DNA from: Candidatus Neptunichlamydia sp.
Lineage (GTDB): Bacteria > Chlamydiota > Chlamydiia > Chlamydiales > Simkaniaceae
Direction of reading: 5' to 3'
DNA length: 64,000 nt
Assembly (NCBI GenBank): GCA_965233865.1
Contig: OZ247587.1
Coordinates: 416,001 to 480,000, forward strand
Positions 1-9,824 of the stretch are shown one piece after another. The notes below the pieces were generated by a model that saw nothing but the letters and a program-made list of their open reading frames with translations, had not been told where the DNA came from and did no database searches. How positions within the stretch are numbered: the first letter of the stretch is position 1; each line of letters opens with the position of its first letter. Both the position numbers and the translations under genes were made by a program.

Positions 1-1
1 A

Positions 2-391
2 ATGGTTCCCGTTCTCCTCAACGCAGAAAAGCTCTCCTTTGCAAGGGTCGAAAAAGGGATTCAGGAGTTTGCAGCAAAAGCACGCAAAGGGAAGATTTCT
101 ATTGAAGATCTTCAGGGAGGAACCTTTACCATTACGAATGGGGGAGTCTTTGGATCTATGCTTTCAACGCCTATTATTAATCCTCCTCAAAGTGCCATTT
201 TAGGGATGCATAACATCGTCCAAAGAGCGGTTGTTATCGATGGAAAAATCGAAATTCGCCCGATGATGTATTTAGCACTGAGCTATGATCATCGGATTGT
301 TGACGGCAAGGAAGCTGTCACCTTCTTAGTACGGGTGAAAGAAATGCTCGAAAAGCCCGAACGCCTCCTCCTTGGAGAAACCGATGGTTGA
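2..391 (+). CDS. sucB: 2-oxoglutarate dehydrogenase E2 (dihydrolipoamide succinyltransferase), C-terminal part; 5' end outside window
   Basis: [32 protein letters not shown] and [13 protein letters not shown] catalytic motifs. Confidence 0.95.
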   Translation: MVPVLLNAEKLSFARVEKGIQEFAAKARKGKISIEDLQGGTFTITNGGVFGSMLSTPIINPPQSAILGMHNIVQRAVVIDGKIEIRPMMYLALSYDHRIVDGKEAVTFLVRVKEMLEKPERLLLGETDG

Positions 392-1757
392 TTCCTTTGA
401 TGTCGTGATCATTGGGTCAGGGCCGGGAGGGTATGTGGCTGCGATTCGTGCAGCTCAGCTTGGTTTAAAAACGGCCTGCGTTGAAAAGGAAAAAGCTCTG
501 GGAGGGACCTGCCTGAATGTAGGATGTATTCCCTCAAAGTGTCTCTTGCACTCCTCCGAAATGTATTACAATCTACTCCATGAAGGAAAAACCCACGGGA
601 TTGAAGCCACCCCTAAAATCAACTTTCCCCAAATGATGAAGCGCAAGGAAGAAGTCGTTTCGGGGTTCAATGTGGGAATCGAAGGGCTCTTTAAAAAGAA
701 TAAAGTGACCCACATCAAAGGGAGCGCAACCTTTAAGGATTCTCATACGATTACAGTTGAAGGGCAAGACTACACTTCAAAGAATTTTATTCTAGCGACT
801 GGGTCTGAACCCACCCCTCTTCCTTTTCTTCCCTTTGATGAAGAGAGAGTCCTCTCCTCAACAGAAGCTCTTGCTCTCAAAGAGGTCCCGAAAAAGATGA
901 TCGTTGTAGGAGCAGGCATTATTGGCGTGGAGCTAGGTTCGGTCTATAGCCGATTAGGTGCCGAGGTCCATTTCGTTGAATTCCTCGATAAGATCTGTCC
1001 AACCCTTGATGATGCGATTTCAAAAGCCTTAGAGCAAACCCTTACAAAGCAGGGACTCACCTTTCAGCTCTCCTCAAAGGTTTCAAGCGCTGAGGTGACC
1101 TCCTCGGGGGTTAAGCTCTCAATCGAAGGGGGAAACACCCTCTCTGCAGAGTATGTTCTAGTCTCAGTTGGTCGCCGTCCCTACACCCAAGGACTGGGGC
1201 TAGAATCAGCTCAAATCACCCCAGATCAGAGGGGATTCATCCCGATTGATGATAATTTCCGTACCTCCCAGCCTCATATCTATGCGATTGGGGATATCGT
1301 TGATGGCCCCATGCTGGCCCATAAAGCCTCAGAAGAAGGGTATGCGGCGGCGGAGATTATAGCTGGGCAGAGTCCCCATATCGAGTACATTGCGATTCCC
1401 AGCGTTGTTTATACCCATCCTGAGGTGGGAGCTGTAGGCTTGACCGAGGTCGAGGCTAAGGGGATGGGGCTTTCCATCAAAACAGGAGAATTCCCCTTTA
1501 AGGCGAATGCTCGCGCCCGTTGCAGCGGGGACGATTTTGGGTTTGTCAAAATGATTGCAGACGCAGAAACTGGGGTTTTACTAGGTGTCCATATCATCTC
1601 TTCCTATGCTGGGGAATTGATTGCTGAAGCCACTCTTGCCCTTGAAAAACGGGCGACAGTAGCTGATCTTGCTCGCACTTTCCATGCCCATCCAACGCTC
1701 TCCGAGGCCCTCAAAGAAGCAGCTCTAGCCCTTGTTTCAAAACCGATCCATATGTAA
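384..1757 (+). CDS. lpdA: Dihydrolipoyl dehydrogenase (E3)
   Basis: GSGPGG FAD motif, [13 protein letters not shown] redox disulfide, C-terminal HAHPTLSE; likely ATG at 384 overlapping the sucB stop. Confidence 0.96.
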   Translation: MVDSFDVVIIGSGPGGYVAAIRAAQLGLKTACVEKEKALGGTCLNVGCIPSKCLLHSSEMYYNLLHEGKTHGIEATPKINFPQMMKRKEEVVSGFNVGIEGLFKKNKVTHIKGSATFKDSHTITVEGQDYTSKNFILATGSEPTPLPFLPFDEERVLSSTEALALKEVPKKMIVVGAGIIGVELGSVYSRLGAEVHFVEFLDKICPTLDDAISKALEQTLTKQGLTFQLSSKVSSAEVTSSGVKLSIEGGNTLSAEYVLVSVGRRPYTQGLGLESAQITPDQRGFIPIDDNFRTSQPHIYAIGDIVDGPMLAHKASEEGYAAAEIIAGQSPHIEYIAIPSVVYTHPEVGAVGLTEVEAKGMGLSIKTGEFPFKANARARCSGDDFGFVKMIADAETGVLLGVHIISSYAGELIAEATLALEKRATVADLARTFHAHPTLSEALKEAALALVSKPIHM

Positions 1758-1792
1758 AAAAAGGTTCGTGTGAACCTCACACGAACCTTTTT
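1758..1792. terminator. Bidirectional rho-independent terminator
   Basis: AAAAAGGTTCGTGTGA-ACC-TCACACGAACCTTTTT perfect hairpin with A and T tails between convergent genes. Confidence 0.85.
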
Positions 1793-1837
1793 AGAATATG
1801 TTTTAGAAGCAACTCTTAATAAGAGATTATCCCTAGT

Positions 1838-4800
1838 TTAAGAATCTTCCCCTTCTCTAAGAACTGCATCTAGCTCTTCGCGATCAATAACAAGAGGTTC
1901 TCTGGGGAGTTTGCTTGCTTTAACGATTTTCTTAAGGCAGTCAGCTGCATCGTCTTTTTGATCAGTGAATGCTAAGTTATTCAGGTTATCTTGAATTTCC
2001 TTTAGAAGTGGAGCTCTTTCAACCCCTTCTAAAGCTGGACTGATTGCTTCTGCAATCACCTGAGCAAGAACAGGAATGCCCAGTGTATTAACAGCGGCAA
2101 TTACACCATCAAAATTGTCGTTTTCAATCATGAAAATAGGAGTCTTAATGTCAGCTATGTAGCGAGTCAGTGCTGGTTGAGCCACATCTTGAAGGTGCGT
2201 TCTGAACTCATCGATTTGATTAGTGAATTGCGCTAGAGTCACGCTTTCTTCAAGACCTCTTAGTCTCATACTGATCGTATCGATGCCGTGTGCATCAGAA
2301 GTGATTCCTTTAAGTAGTTCAATGATTCTTTTATCAGCAGCTTTGACAGCTTTAGAGCCGGTGTAAAGTTTGGCATACTCATCCCAAGAGATTTTTCCTT
2401 CGGTGATGAGTAGGTATGCTGCGACTTTATTCGCATCAACTTCAGCACCATTTGCTAAAGCTTCAGCACCTTCCTCATTAAGGTGAGTGAGCAATTCTCT
2501 TGTAAGTGTTGCAGAACCTGTAGTTCCTGCTTCAAGAAGCCCAAGAGATTTACTTAGCATGCTGTAGTAGTCTCCAACTTGTAGGTTGAATCGTTTTTCA
2601 AGAGCGCCAGTATTGATGTTCCCAGTTTTAAAGAGCCCTAGGCTTCTAGCATAAGAGTCTTGAAGCTCTAATTCTAGAGTGTTTTTTTGATCATCTCTAG
2701 CTGCTTGTAGATTTTCGCTAACAGTTCCCTGCGTTGCAAGCGTTGTCAAGGCAGCAAGATGGTTGCTAAGTGCATCGATTTCATCCTGCTTTCCATCTGC
2801 ATCATAATGCTCAAGTGCTCGCGTAGAAGGAGCCTCCTCAACTCTCATGAAATCAAGAGCATTTTGGTATTGCCCCATGATTCCACCATTAGAGTATCCA
2901 ATCCAACGGCTGAATAGAGCAGCTTTTGCTTCTGCTTTAGTACTTCCAGCTCTTAGCGTCTCAGTGGTTACTGCGCTGTGCTTAAGAAGGCTTGGGTCTG
3001 TAAATACATTAAAGATGTTTACTTGCGCTGTGTCGTTGTTAGTATGCTTTCTAACAACCTCAGCAAGGAGGAAATTAGAAGGAACTATGTTTTTTAGAAG
3101 AGCAGCAGATCCTTGAGCATTCTTAACAACAGCGGAGATGTTTACCATTTGCGTCGCAGGATTAAAGTTAGCTGCGATTACTTGCGCCTGATCAGCGGGG
3201 ATAGCATCATTATTTAGAGTAGCTTGTAAAGCGCTACGACTGATTGCTTGGTTTTCTTCATATGGAGCTACCATTTTAGTTTCTGCATTAAAATTCGCTA
3301 CAAGACGTTGTACCTGTGTATAATGCCAACCGGCGTATGTTAGAGTGTCTGCGAGTGTTTCATTAGTGAATTGTTTATTCCGTATTATTCCTGTAATGTT
3401 AGCACCATTTTCGTCTGTAGTGATGTTGGATTCTGATAGAACAGTATAGATATCACCACCTACTTCCTGAAACTTTATGACATTACCCCCTGCTGATTTT
3501 TCTATCCCCAGTGCAGTTAATAGATCAGAAGAACTCATAGATACATCTTCTCGAGCCAAGGTTGGATCGATTTCATGGAGGCGATTTAAAGACATTTCTT
3601 GTGTTCCTGTAGCAACTTCTTCAGGAGTAAAGCCGTTAAGGATACTGAACATTTCGGTAGGCATTCTTGTTCCAAGAGCTTCAAGCTGCATGTTGAAGAA
3701 CTCTTCTCCAGACTGGTTGCCTCGGTTGGATTCTGAAATTTCTTGGAAGCTTCCAATCACTGATTCAGCAACAGCATCGGTTGTCAGAGCGTAGTTGTGA
3801 AATCTTGTGTGATCTACTGTGATGGTTCCAACGGTAGACTTCACTTTAGCCGTGAAGGTATCGTTAGCCTTTAGAGAATCCCAGATTTGAGTTTCAAAGC
3901 TAGCTTGAGCCTCTTTTAGCGTTGCAGCGTAATTTTCAGCCCCTTCTTCTTCACCAGGTTTTTCTGTAAGTAATGCTTCAGCAAAAAGTTGTGCGTGATT
4001 TCTAACATCATCATAAATTGCATTAAAAGACTCAGGTTTATTAGCATTAAAGTTTGTTGCAATTTCGTCTGTAAATTTAGTCACAGCGTATGGAGTTGCA
4101 TTCTTTCCAACAGGAGCTGATTGAATCCATAGGCTACTCATTTGATCACTTAGGAAGCTCGTTTTTGCTTGATCAATGATTTCCCCATCAGCATTGATAA
4201 TTCCAGCTTCCATTGCGATGTTGTGCGTGACAGCAGCAACCATTTGTCTTTGCGTATCAAATGATGGTGCGAGAGCTGAAATTGCGTTTATTGCAGCTTC
4301 TATCTGTACAATAGAAGTTTGTTTTGCAGCAAAAATATCTGCAGTTCCTGACAGTTTACTTCTCATGCTTTCTGGAAGTCTTGCTTCAAAAGCTTTTGCA
4401 GAAAGAATAAACCCCTCCTCTTTGCCTCTAGCCGTCGCAAGGTTTACATTAGAACCTTTAGCTTGTTTGAGCTTATCATCACGATATTGACTGACATCAA
4501 CCGTTACTCCCTTAGCTCTTAGATCAGCTAGATAAGAAATAGCTTCAGTTGCTAGAACAGGATTCTTTAGAAGTTCTTGGTTAGTTTTAGCGTCTGTAAC
4601 AAGTTGAGATCCATTAACAACAAAATTCCAGATGGATTTCAGCCCAACTAGAATTGTTTTCGCGAACCCATTATAGGTCGTATTTGTTTTGGCAGCCGTT
4701 GCTGATAAATCCCATCTAGAGAAGTCTTGATTTAGAAGAGCTTGTCCTTTAGATAGATCTCTTTCTTTAATTCCCAATGCTGTTCCAATTTGTTGTTTTG

Positions 4801-4945
4801 ATGGAGTTACTACAGGGAGAGCCTCTACAGTTCTCATATCATCCATAGATTTTGCTCTTTGCATTCTGCCTTGAGTGCTCTTTAGAGCGTCAGATTTTAT
4901 TAGGTTGTTGAGGGAAGAGGCTCTTGTTAGTCTTGTTTGTTCCAT
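1838..4945 (-). CDS. Large orphan protein (1035 aa), Ala/Thr-rich, probably helical; candidate secreted effector
   Basis: Long uninterrupted ORF with AAGGTG upstream of the ATG and a very AT-rich upstream region; no family motif recognised. Confidence 0.75.
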   Translation of the reverse strand: MEQTRLTRASSLNNLIKSDALKSTQGRMQRAKSMDDMRTVEALPVVTPSKQQIGTALGIKERDLSKGQALLNQDFSRWDLSATAAKTNTTYNGFAKTILVGLKSIWNFVVNGSQLVTDAKTNQELLKNPVLATEAISYLADLRAKGVTVDVSQYRDDKLKQAKGSNVNLATARGKEEGFILSAKAFEARLPESMRSKLSGTADIFAAKQTSIVQIEAAINAISALAPSFDTQRQMVAAVTHNIAMEAGIINADGEIIDQAKTSFLSDQMSSLWIQSAPVGKNATPYAVTKFTDEIATNFNANKPESFNAIYDDVRNHAQLFAEALLTEKPGEEEGAENYAATLKEAQASFETQIWDSLKANDTFTAKVKSTVGTITVDHTRFHNYALTTDAVAESVIGSFQEISESNRGNQSGEEFFNMQLEALGTRMPTEMFSILNGFTPEEVATGTQEMSLNRLHEIDPTLAREDVSMSSSDLLTALGIEKSAGGNVIKFQEVGGDIYTVLSESNITTDENGANITGIIRNKQFTNETLADTLTYAGWHYTQVQRLVANFNAETKMVAPYEENQAISRSALQATLNNDAIPADQAQVIAANFNPATQMVNISAVVKNAQGSAALLKNIVPSNFLLAEVVRKHTNNDTAQVNIFNVFTDPSLLKHSAVTTETLRAGSTKAEAKAALFSRWIGYSNGGIMGQYQNALDFMRVEEAPSTRALEHYDADGKQDEIDALSNHLAALTTLATQGTVSENLQAARDDQKNTLELELQDSYARSLGLFKTGNINTGALEKRFNLQVGDYYSMLSKSLGLLEAGTTGSATLTRELLTHLNEEGAEALANGAEVDANKVAAYLLITEGKISWDEYAKLYTGSKAVKAADKRIIELLKGITSDAHGIDTISMRLRGLEESVTLAQFTNQIDEFRTHLQDVAQPALTRYIADIKTPIFMIENDNFDGVIAAVNTLGIPVLAQVIAEAISPALEGVERAPLLKEIQDNLNNLAFTDQKDDAADCLKKIVKASKLPREPLVIDREELDAVLREGEDS

Positions 4946-5210
4946 TTTTCACCTTTTATGTTTCTAATGTATTTTTTTATTCATTTATGTAATTATTATA
5001 ACATTTTTATCATTAATGATAAATAACTTTTAATTAATAACATATTTAAAATAATGTAGTAAGGTTTTTATAAGTATTTCATTTAATCTAGTTATGTATT
5101 AATAAATATTTAATTTATTAAAAATATGAGGTTTTATTTGATAAATAGAGATAAAAATCATATAATAGGTGGTATATTAATAACAAAATAATAGTTTAAG
5201 GAGTCTTCAA

Positions 5211-5405
5211 ATGGATGAAAAGCTTAGAACACGTGTAGCTACTCTGGAGAGTCAGGTAGACCTTTTAGAGTCAGAATTGACCTACTTAAATAGTCTTCTT
5301 ATCGAGGTTGGATTCCCTGAGGGGATCGAGACCTTGAAAGCTACTGCTGAAGAACTTCTCACTGAAGGGGTCACTGCCCCTCAGGAGCATTTAGAAGGGA
5401 TGTAA
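5211..5405 (+). CDS. Small coiled-coil hypothetical protein (64 aa)
   Basis: AAGGAG RBS upstream, heptad-like N-terminus, followed by a terminator. Confidence 0.75.
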   Translation: MDEKLRTRVATLESQVDLLESELTYLNSLLIEVGFPEGIETLKATAEELLTEGVTAPQEHLEGM

Positions 5406-5431
5406 TCTTGATTTGAACCATTCTTACTTGT

Positions 5432-5470
5432 AAAGGCAACCTCCTTCTGGAGGCTGCCTTTCTTTTTCTT
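5432..5470 (+). terminator. Rho-independent terminator
   Basis: AAAGGCAACCTCC-TTCT-GGAGGCTGCCTTT followed by a T-rich tract. Confidence 0.7.
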
Positions 5471-5739
5471 GAGAACCAATTGCAAGAATCGACTGATCAG
5501 GAGTTTTGCAATTGTCTCTTGAGTTTTTTCTCTTAATCCGCTTTAATCCATCTCTAAAAGGCTAGTTATAGGACGATTTTTAGTTTCAAAGGGCAAATGA
5601 GACAAAACTAGATTTTTCTGATCGATGAATTTCATAGACAAAGTGTTATGGATGAGGAGGAAAGGGAATATGGTGAAATCACAGTTGCTCCTTGGTCCAA
5701 AAACCGTCCTAATACTCAGTCTACAAAGGTATAGATGAT

Positions 5740-5997
5740 ATGGCTAAGCTAATATTGAATGAAGATGAGGTAGAGATCGAAGATGGCTCGCCCCTAAAAG
5801 ACCCTTGCGAGGAAGCCGGAGTTCCCTTTGCTTGTACAGAAGGGGTTTGTGGTACATGCGTGATTGAAGTGAAAGAGGGGAGTAAGAACCTTTCTGAGCT
5901 CACTCAAGAGGAGCTTGATTTCTTAGGGGAGACTGATGAAGAGCGTCTCGCCTGCCAATGCACGATTAAACAAGGGACTGTTAAAATTGACTACTAA
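5740..5997 (+). CDS. 2Fe-2S ferredoxin
   Basis: C-x4-C-x2-C ... RLACQC motif (CTEGVCGTC). Confidence 0.9.
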   Translation: MAKLILNEDEVEIEDGSPLKDPCEEAGVPFACTEGVCGTCVIEVKEGSKNLSELTQEELDFLGETDEERLACQCTIKQGTVKIDY

Positions 5998-6553
5998 AGA
6001 ACCAATCACACGGGATATGACGATCGACTCGATTTTGGGAAAGTACCCCCAGAAGAGCCAGAGAATTGCTCAGGAGCTCTCAAATGCGGGGCTGCAGTGC
6101 GTTGGGTGCCAAGCTTCAACCTGGGAGACTCTCGAAGTTGGAATGCTTGGGCACGGCTATTCTGAGGATGAAATTGAGAGTCTTCTAAAGAAACTCAATG
6201 GAGTGATTGAGGAAAAAAGCGACCCGACAACGATCTCTATGACCAAGAGAGCTGCTAAAAAATTCAAGACGATTTTGGCTGCTGATAAAAAAGAGGGATG
6301 GTCTCTTCGCTTTGCTGATAAGCCTGGTGGGTGCGGTGGTTTCGAATATATTCTTGATTTTTCTGAAAAACCAATGGATGATGACGAAATATTTAATTCT
6401 CAAGATGTTAAGATCTTTGTAAACCGAAAGATGCTTCAACGACTACTCGGATGTGAAATTGACTATTTGGAAGGTCTTATGGGATCAGGGTTTAAGGTAA
6501 CAAATCCTAATGTAAAAGGGTCCTGTTCTTGTGGAAGTTCACAAAGCTATTAA
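5987..6553 (+). CDS. A-type Fe-S cluster carrier (IscA/HesB/ErpA family) with N-terminal DUF1858-like domain
   Basis: GGCGGFEY and CSCGSS motifs; N-terminal GLQCVGC...WETLE; likely TTG start at 5987 (ORF is open from 5936). Confidence 0.85.
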   Translation: MTTKEPITRDMTIDSILGKYPQKSQRIAQELSNAGLQCVGCQASTWETLEVGMLGHGYSEDEIESLLKKLNGVIEEKSDPTTISMTKRAAKKFKTILAADKKEGWSLRFADKPGGCGGFEYILDFSEKPMDDDEIFNSQDVKIFVNRKMLQRLLGCEIDYLEGLMGSGFKVTNPNVKGSCSCGSSQSY

Positions 6554-6597
6554 CCTAATTCTTGGTAATGAGCGAAATACGCTCAAAACTTAGGGTA

Positions 6598-8103
6598 TTA
6601 ATGTCCTTGAGAAATAGTTTCTAGTCCACCTAAAATTGTTGTAAGCTGAGAATTATGACTTCTCCCCTGCATAAATTTAGCGTTTCTAGTGATTGCTTCC
6701 CTGATAATTTTTTGTTCATTTTCAGTAAAGGCTTCAATATCCTCTTCTTTTCTTATCTTTGCTCTAATTTTCTCAAGAGAATTTTTAGCTGCGGCTTGTT
6801 TGCTTGAAGGTGGAATATTGCCTACGGGAGCTCTTTGAGCCTCTAGAAGTAATTCATTATGCACTTCTTGTGCTGTGAGAGGTGCAACATGGACCTCTTT
6901 GCACTCATGAGTAGAGTGTAGTACTAAGGGCTCGTGAAGGGCAGAATCAAGCCAACCCTTTTCTTCATCGCTGCTGCTGTAGTTTGAGTATTCTTCCTCT
7001 CCATCAACGCCGTGACCTGAACCAAGCTCCACAATTCTGGAGCTAATCATTGACTTCAGATCAACGTCTCCTTCAACACGTGAAACAGGGGTTGATACAG
7101 AGAAAACCCTTCCTACAAACGGAAGGGATGTTCGAGATGGGAGATAACTGCAGGAGTACGATCCGAATTGAGATAACCAATTTCCGCTAGTTCGTGTTGG
7201 AGTCACGGATGCAAATGGATCTAATTCTTCGCTTTCTCTGTCTCTATGTTCCTCTGAAAGAATTTCTTGTGATCTTAAGGGAACAGAGCCTAATGAATTT
7301 AAATGTTCAAAGGGATCACTTTCTAGTGGAAAGGCTTCTCCAAGCTCAAGGGCATCGTCCTCTTCCTCGATGTCTCTAACTAGAATGAGCTGCTCTGGAA
7401 GAAGAACGTTTATCATTGCTTTCCAGACGGTTTGCGCGGTCATATGCTGTCTTAGAATGTTGCAGGATTCGTTTATCACGCCTTCAAAGCTGATCGAAAC
7501 TCTTGAAGTTGTTTCTAATTGTCTTTCTATAGACTCTTGAGCTCCAGGATTGGCGCTTACGACAATATTTTTAACGCCGTTGAATCGAGCCAGAGTATAA
7601 TGATTAATCGCAGCTTTGACTGCAGCTTCGTCGTATAATCCATCTTCATCTTCCAGTCCTTCTTCTAAATAGGGGCGATATTGAGTAGGAATTGCCTCTT
7701 TAGCGACTGGGGCGGGTCTAGCTTGGTTATAGTGTTGAAAGATAGCATTTTTCTCTGAGTCAAACCCTGCCATCAAGAGATCTTCTGTCTCTTTATCTAT
7801 CCCAGTCTCACGACTGAGCTGAATCTCTCTTTCTCTAAAGTGTATTCCTAGGGAGTCAATGTGTGTAATATCGCTGTTACTTAGGTTGGTTTCTGAGGCC
7901 TCTTGGTGAGCGTTGAAGAAGGTTTTGGAGAGGTCTCTGAGTTTTACTGTATCGTGAGCTTGCATGCGGGAGGGGACTCCACCTTGAAAGATCATGGCAA
8001 AGTAGTTTTTACCACCAATTTTTACTTTTTGGTAATAGTCTCTTCCCATTGTTTGAGCTGTTTTGAAGCAAGCTTCTTGAACTATAGGTCTTGATTTTTC
8101 CAT
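6598..8103 (-). CDS. Orphan hypothetical protein (501 aa), acidic/Ser-rich; candidate effector
   Basis: Long ORF with AAGGTG upstream, AT-rich upstream region, low-complexity acidic and Ser-rich tracts. Confidence 0.7.
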   Translation of the reverse strand: MEKSRPIVQEACFKTAQTMGRDYYQKVKIGGKNYFAMIFQGGVPSRMQAHDTVKLRDLSKTFFNAHQEASETNLSNSDITHIDSLGIHFREREIQLSRETGIDKETEDLLMAGFDSEKNAIFQHYNQARPAPVAKEAIPTQYRPYLEEGLEDEDGLYDEAAVKAAINHYTLARFNGVKNIVVSANPGAQESIERQLETTSRVSISFEGVINESCNILRQHMTAQTVWKAMINVLLPEQLILVRDIEEEDDALELGEAFPLESDPFEHLNSLGSVPLRSQEILSEEHRDRESEELDPFASVTPTRTSGNWLSQFGSYSCSYLPSRTSLPFVGRVFSVSTPVSRVEGDVDLKSMISSRIVELGSGHGVDGEEEYSNYSSSDEEKGWLDSALHEPLVLHSTHECKEVHVAPLTAQEVHNELLLEAQRAPVGNIPPSSKQAAAKNSLEKIRAKIRKEEDIEAFTENEQKIIREAITRNAKFMQGRSHNSQLTTILGGLETISQGH

Positions 8104-8280
8104 TATATATTATCACCTTATAATTAACTCTTTTCAATTATATCATATTTTACAATTAAATTTAACTATATTGTATATCTCTTACAACTAAATAATTATA
8201 TTATTTTCTGGATTAATAATGAGGGTATGTTATGCTCGGGTTTAGAGGAGTTAGCTTAAATTGCTACTTATTAGTATGTT

Positions 8281-8898
8281 ATGAACGAACTAATTCTCCC
8301 TCAGATTGAGGAGAAATTTCAGTCTGTACTTATTTTTGGTCCTCCGGGGGCTGGAAAGGGGACAATAGGGAAGTTTTTGAGTAGCGCTGGAAACCATTTC
8401 CACCTCTCTTCTGGAGATATTTTTAGAGGTCTCTCTCCAGAATCTCCAGCGGGGAAGCTCTATCACAGCTTTGCGGGGAAGGGGCAACTCCTCCCTGATG
8501 ATGTAACGATTGAGATCTGGCACCACTATGTGATGGGGCTGATTGCAACAAACCGGTATTTTCCTAAAGATCAGCTTCTTCTTCTAGATGGAATTCCAAG
8601 GACAGTCAAGCAGGTCAAAATTTTGCAGAGGTACATTTCTGTGAAAAAGATTATCCTTTTGGAGTCGAAACATCCTGACACTTTGATCCAAAGAATTCAA
8701 AGAAGAGCTTTGATTGAAAAAAGGCTTGATGATCGGGATGCTAAAGTACTCAAGAAGCGGATGGAAATCTACGAAAAAGAGACTTTTCCTGTTTTAGAGC
8801 ATTACGATGAAAAACTGATTATGCGTTTTGATGCGGAGCAAAAATCTCTCGAAGTCTTCAGAGACATTCTCGTCTCATTATGTGACACTTTATCCTAG
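8281..8898 (+). CDS. adk: Adenylate kinase family nucleoside monophosphate kinase
   Basis: GPPGAGKGT P-loop, HLSSGDIFR, LLDGIPRT; short LID. Confidence 0.85.
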   Translation: MNELILPQIEEKFQSVLIFGPPGAGKGTIGKFLSSAGNHFHLSSGDIFRGLSPESPAGKLYHSFAGKGQLLPDDVTIEIWHHYVMGLIATNRYFPKDQLLLLDGIPRTVKQVKILQRYISVKKIILLESKHPDTLIQRIQRRALIEKRLDDRDAKVLKKRMEIYEKETFPVLEHYDEKLIMRFDAEQKSLEVFRDILVSLCDTLS

Positions 8899-8918
8899 TT
8901 CGGTTATCCTTTGAAGGC

Positions 8919-9773
8919 ATGAACTGGGAACCACGAATCCACGAATTTTTATCATATATTTCCTCTGAAAAAGGGCTCTCTGTGAACACGATTCAGGCGT
9001 ATGGAAGAGATATTCGGCGTTTTGCAGAAGATCTAGATGGAGAGGCTACAGAAGAAGAAATCGTGAATCACATGAGCTACCTAAAGAAGAAGGGGTATGC
9101 GAGTAGCTCAATCTATCGGACACTGATGGCTCTCCGTGGTTTTTTCCGTTTTTTGAAGCGAGAAGGGCATGTTGAAAAGGATCCGACGGCTCTTTTGGAG
9201 TCACCAAAGATGTGGCAACTGGTTCCTGAGGTACTTTCAAGTGAAGAGATTGAAAGGCTGTTAGGAGCTCCTGGAAATGGAGAGGAAGAAATGCGCGATA
9301 AGGCAGTGCTTGAGACTTTGTATGCAACGGGAATTCGGGTGTCTGAGTTATGCAATTTAGATATTCATGATGTTGGGGAAAATACCGTTCGAGTGCTTGG
9401 AAAAGGAGGGAAAGAACGCATTGTCCCTATTGGAGAAGAAGCAATCGCTGCGATTGATGCATACCTTGGGAACTACCGTCATGACAAGGGGGACCATCGT
9501 CCTCTTTTTGTGTCTAAAAGGGGAAAGCGTATGAGTCGGGTGACTGTTTGGGAAAAGGTGAAGTTTTATGCGCGAGTGTCGGGAATCGAAAAAAAAATTT
9601 CTCCTCATACTTTACGTCATTCATTCGCAACGCATCTTTTAGACCATGGGGCGGATCTTCGGGTGATTCAGGAAATGCTTGGTCATGCCGATATTGGGAC
9701 AACGGATCGCTACACCCATCTTTCGAAAAAGCGTCTTTTTGACGCCTTCGACACATTTCATCCCCGGCAGTAA
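8919..9773 (+). CDS. xerD: Site-specific tyrosine recombinase XerD
   Basis: LYATGIRVSEL, GKGGKERIVP, SPHTLRHSFATHLL, QEMLGHADIGTTDRYTH. Confidence 0.88.
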   Translation: MNWEPRIHEFLSYISSEKGLSVNTIQAYGRDIRRFAEDLDGEATEEEIVNHMSYLKKKGYASSSIYRTLMALRGFFRFLKREGHVEKDPTALLESPKMWQLVPEVLSSEEIERLLGAPGNGEEEMRDKAVLETLYATGIRVSELCNLDIHDVGENTVRVLGKGGKERIVPIGEEAIAAIDAYLGNYRHDKGDHRPLFVSKRGKRMSRVTVWEKVKFYARVSGIEKKISPHTLRHSFATHLLDHGADLRVIQEMLGHADIGTTDRYTHLSKKRLFDAFDTFHPRQ

Positions 9774-9824
9774 AGTAAAGATTTTTTATAGCAGGCATTT
9801 GTTTTACCTTATCCTTAGCTATAT

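Noticed and set aside
8919..9773. xerD as the integrase of the island
   Set aside because: Typical housekeeping XerD about 6 kb away; island ends are defined by IS5 elements
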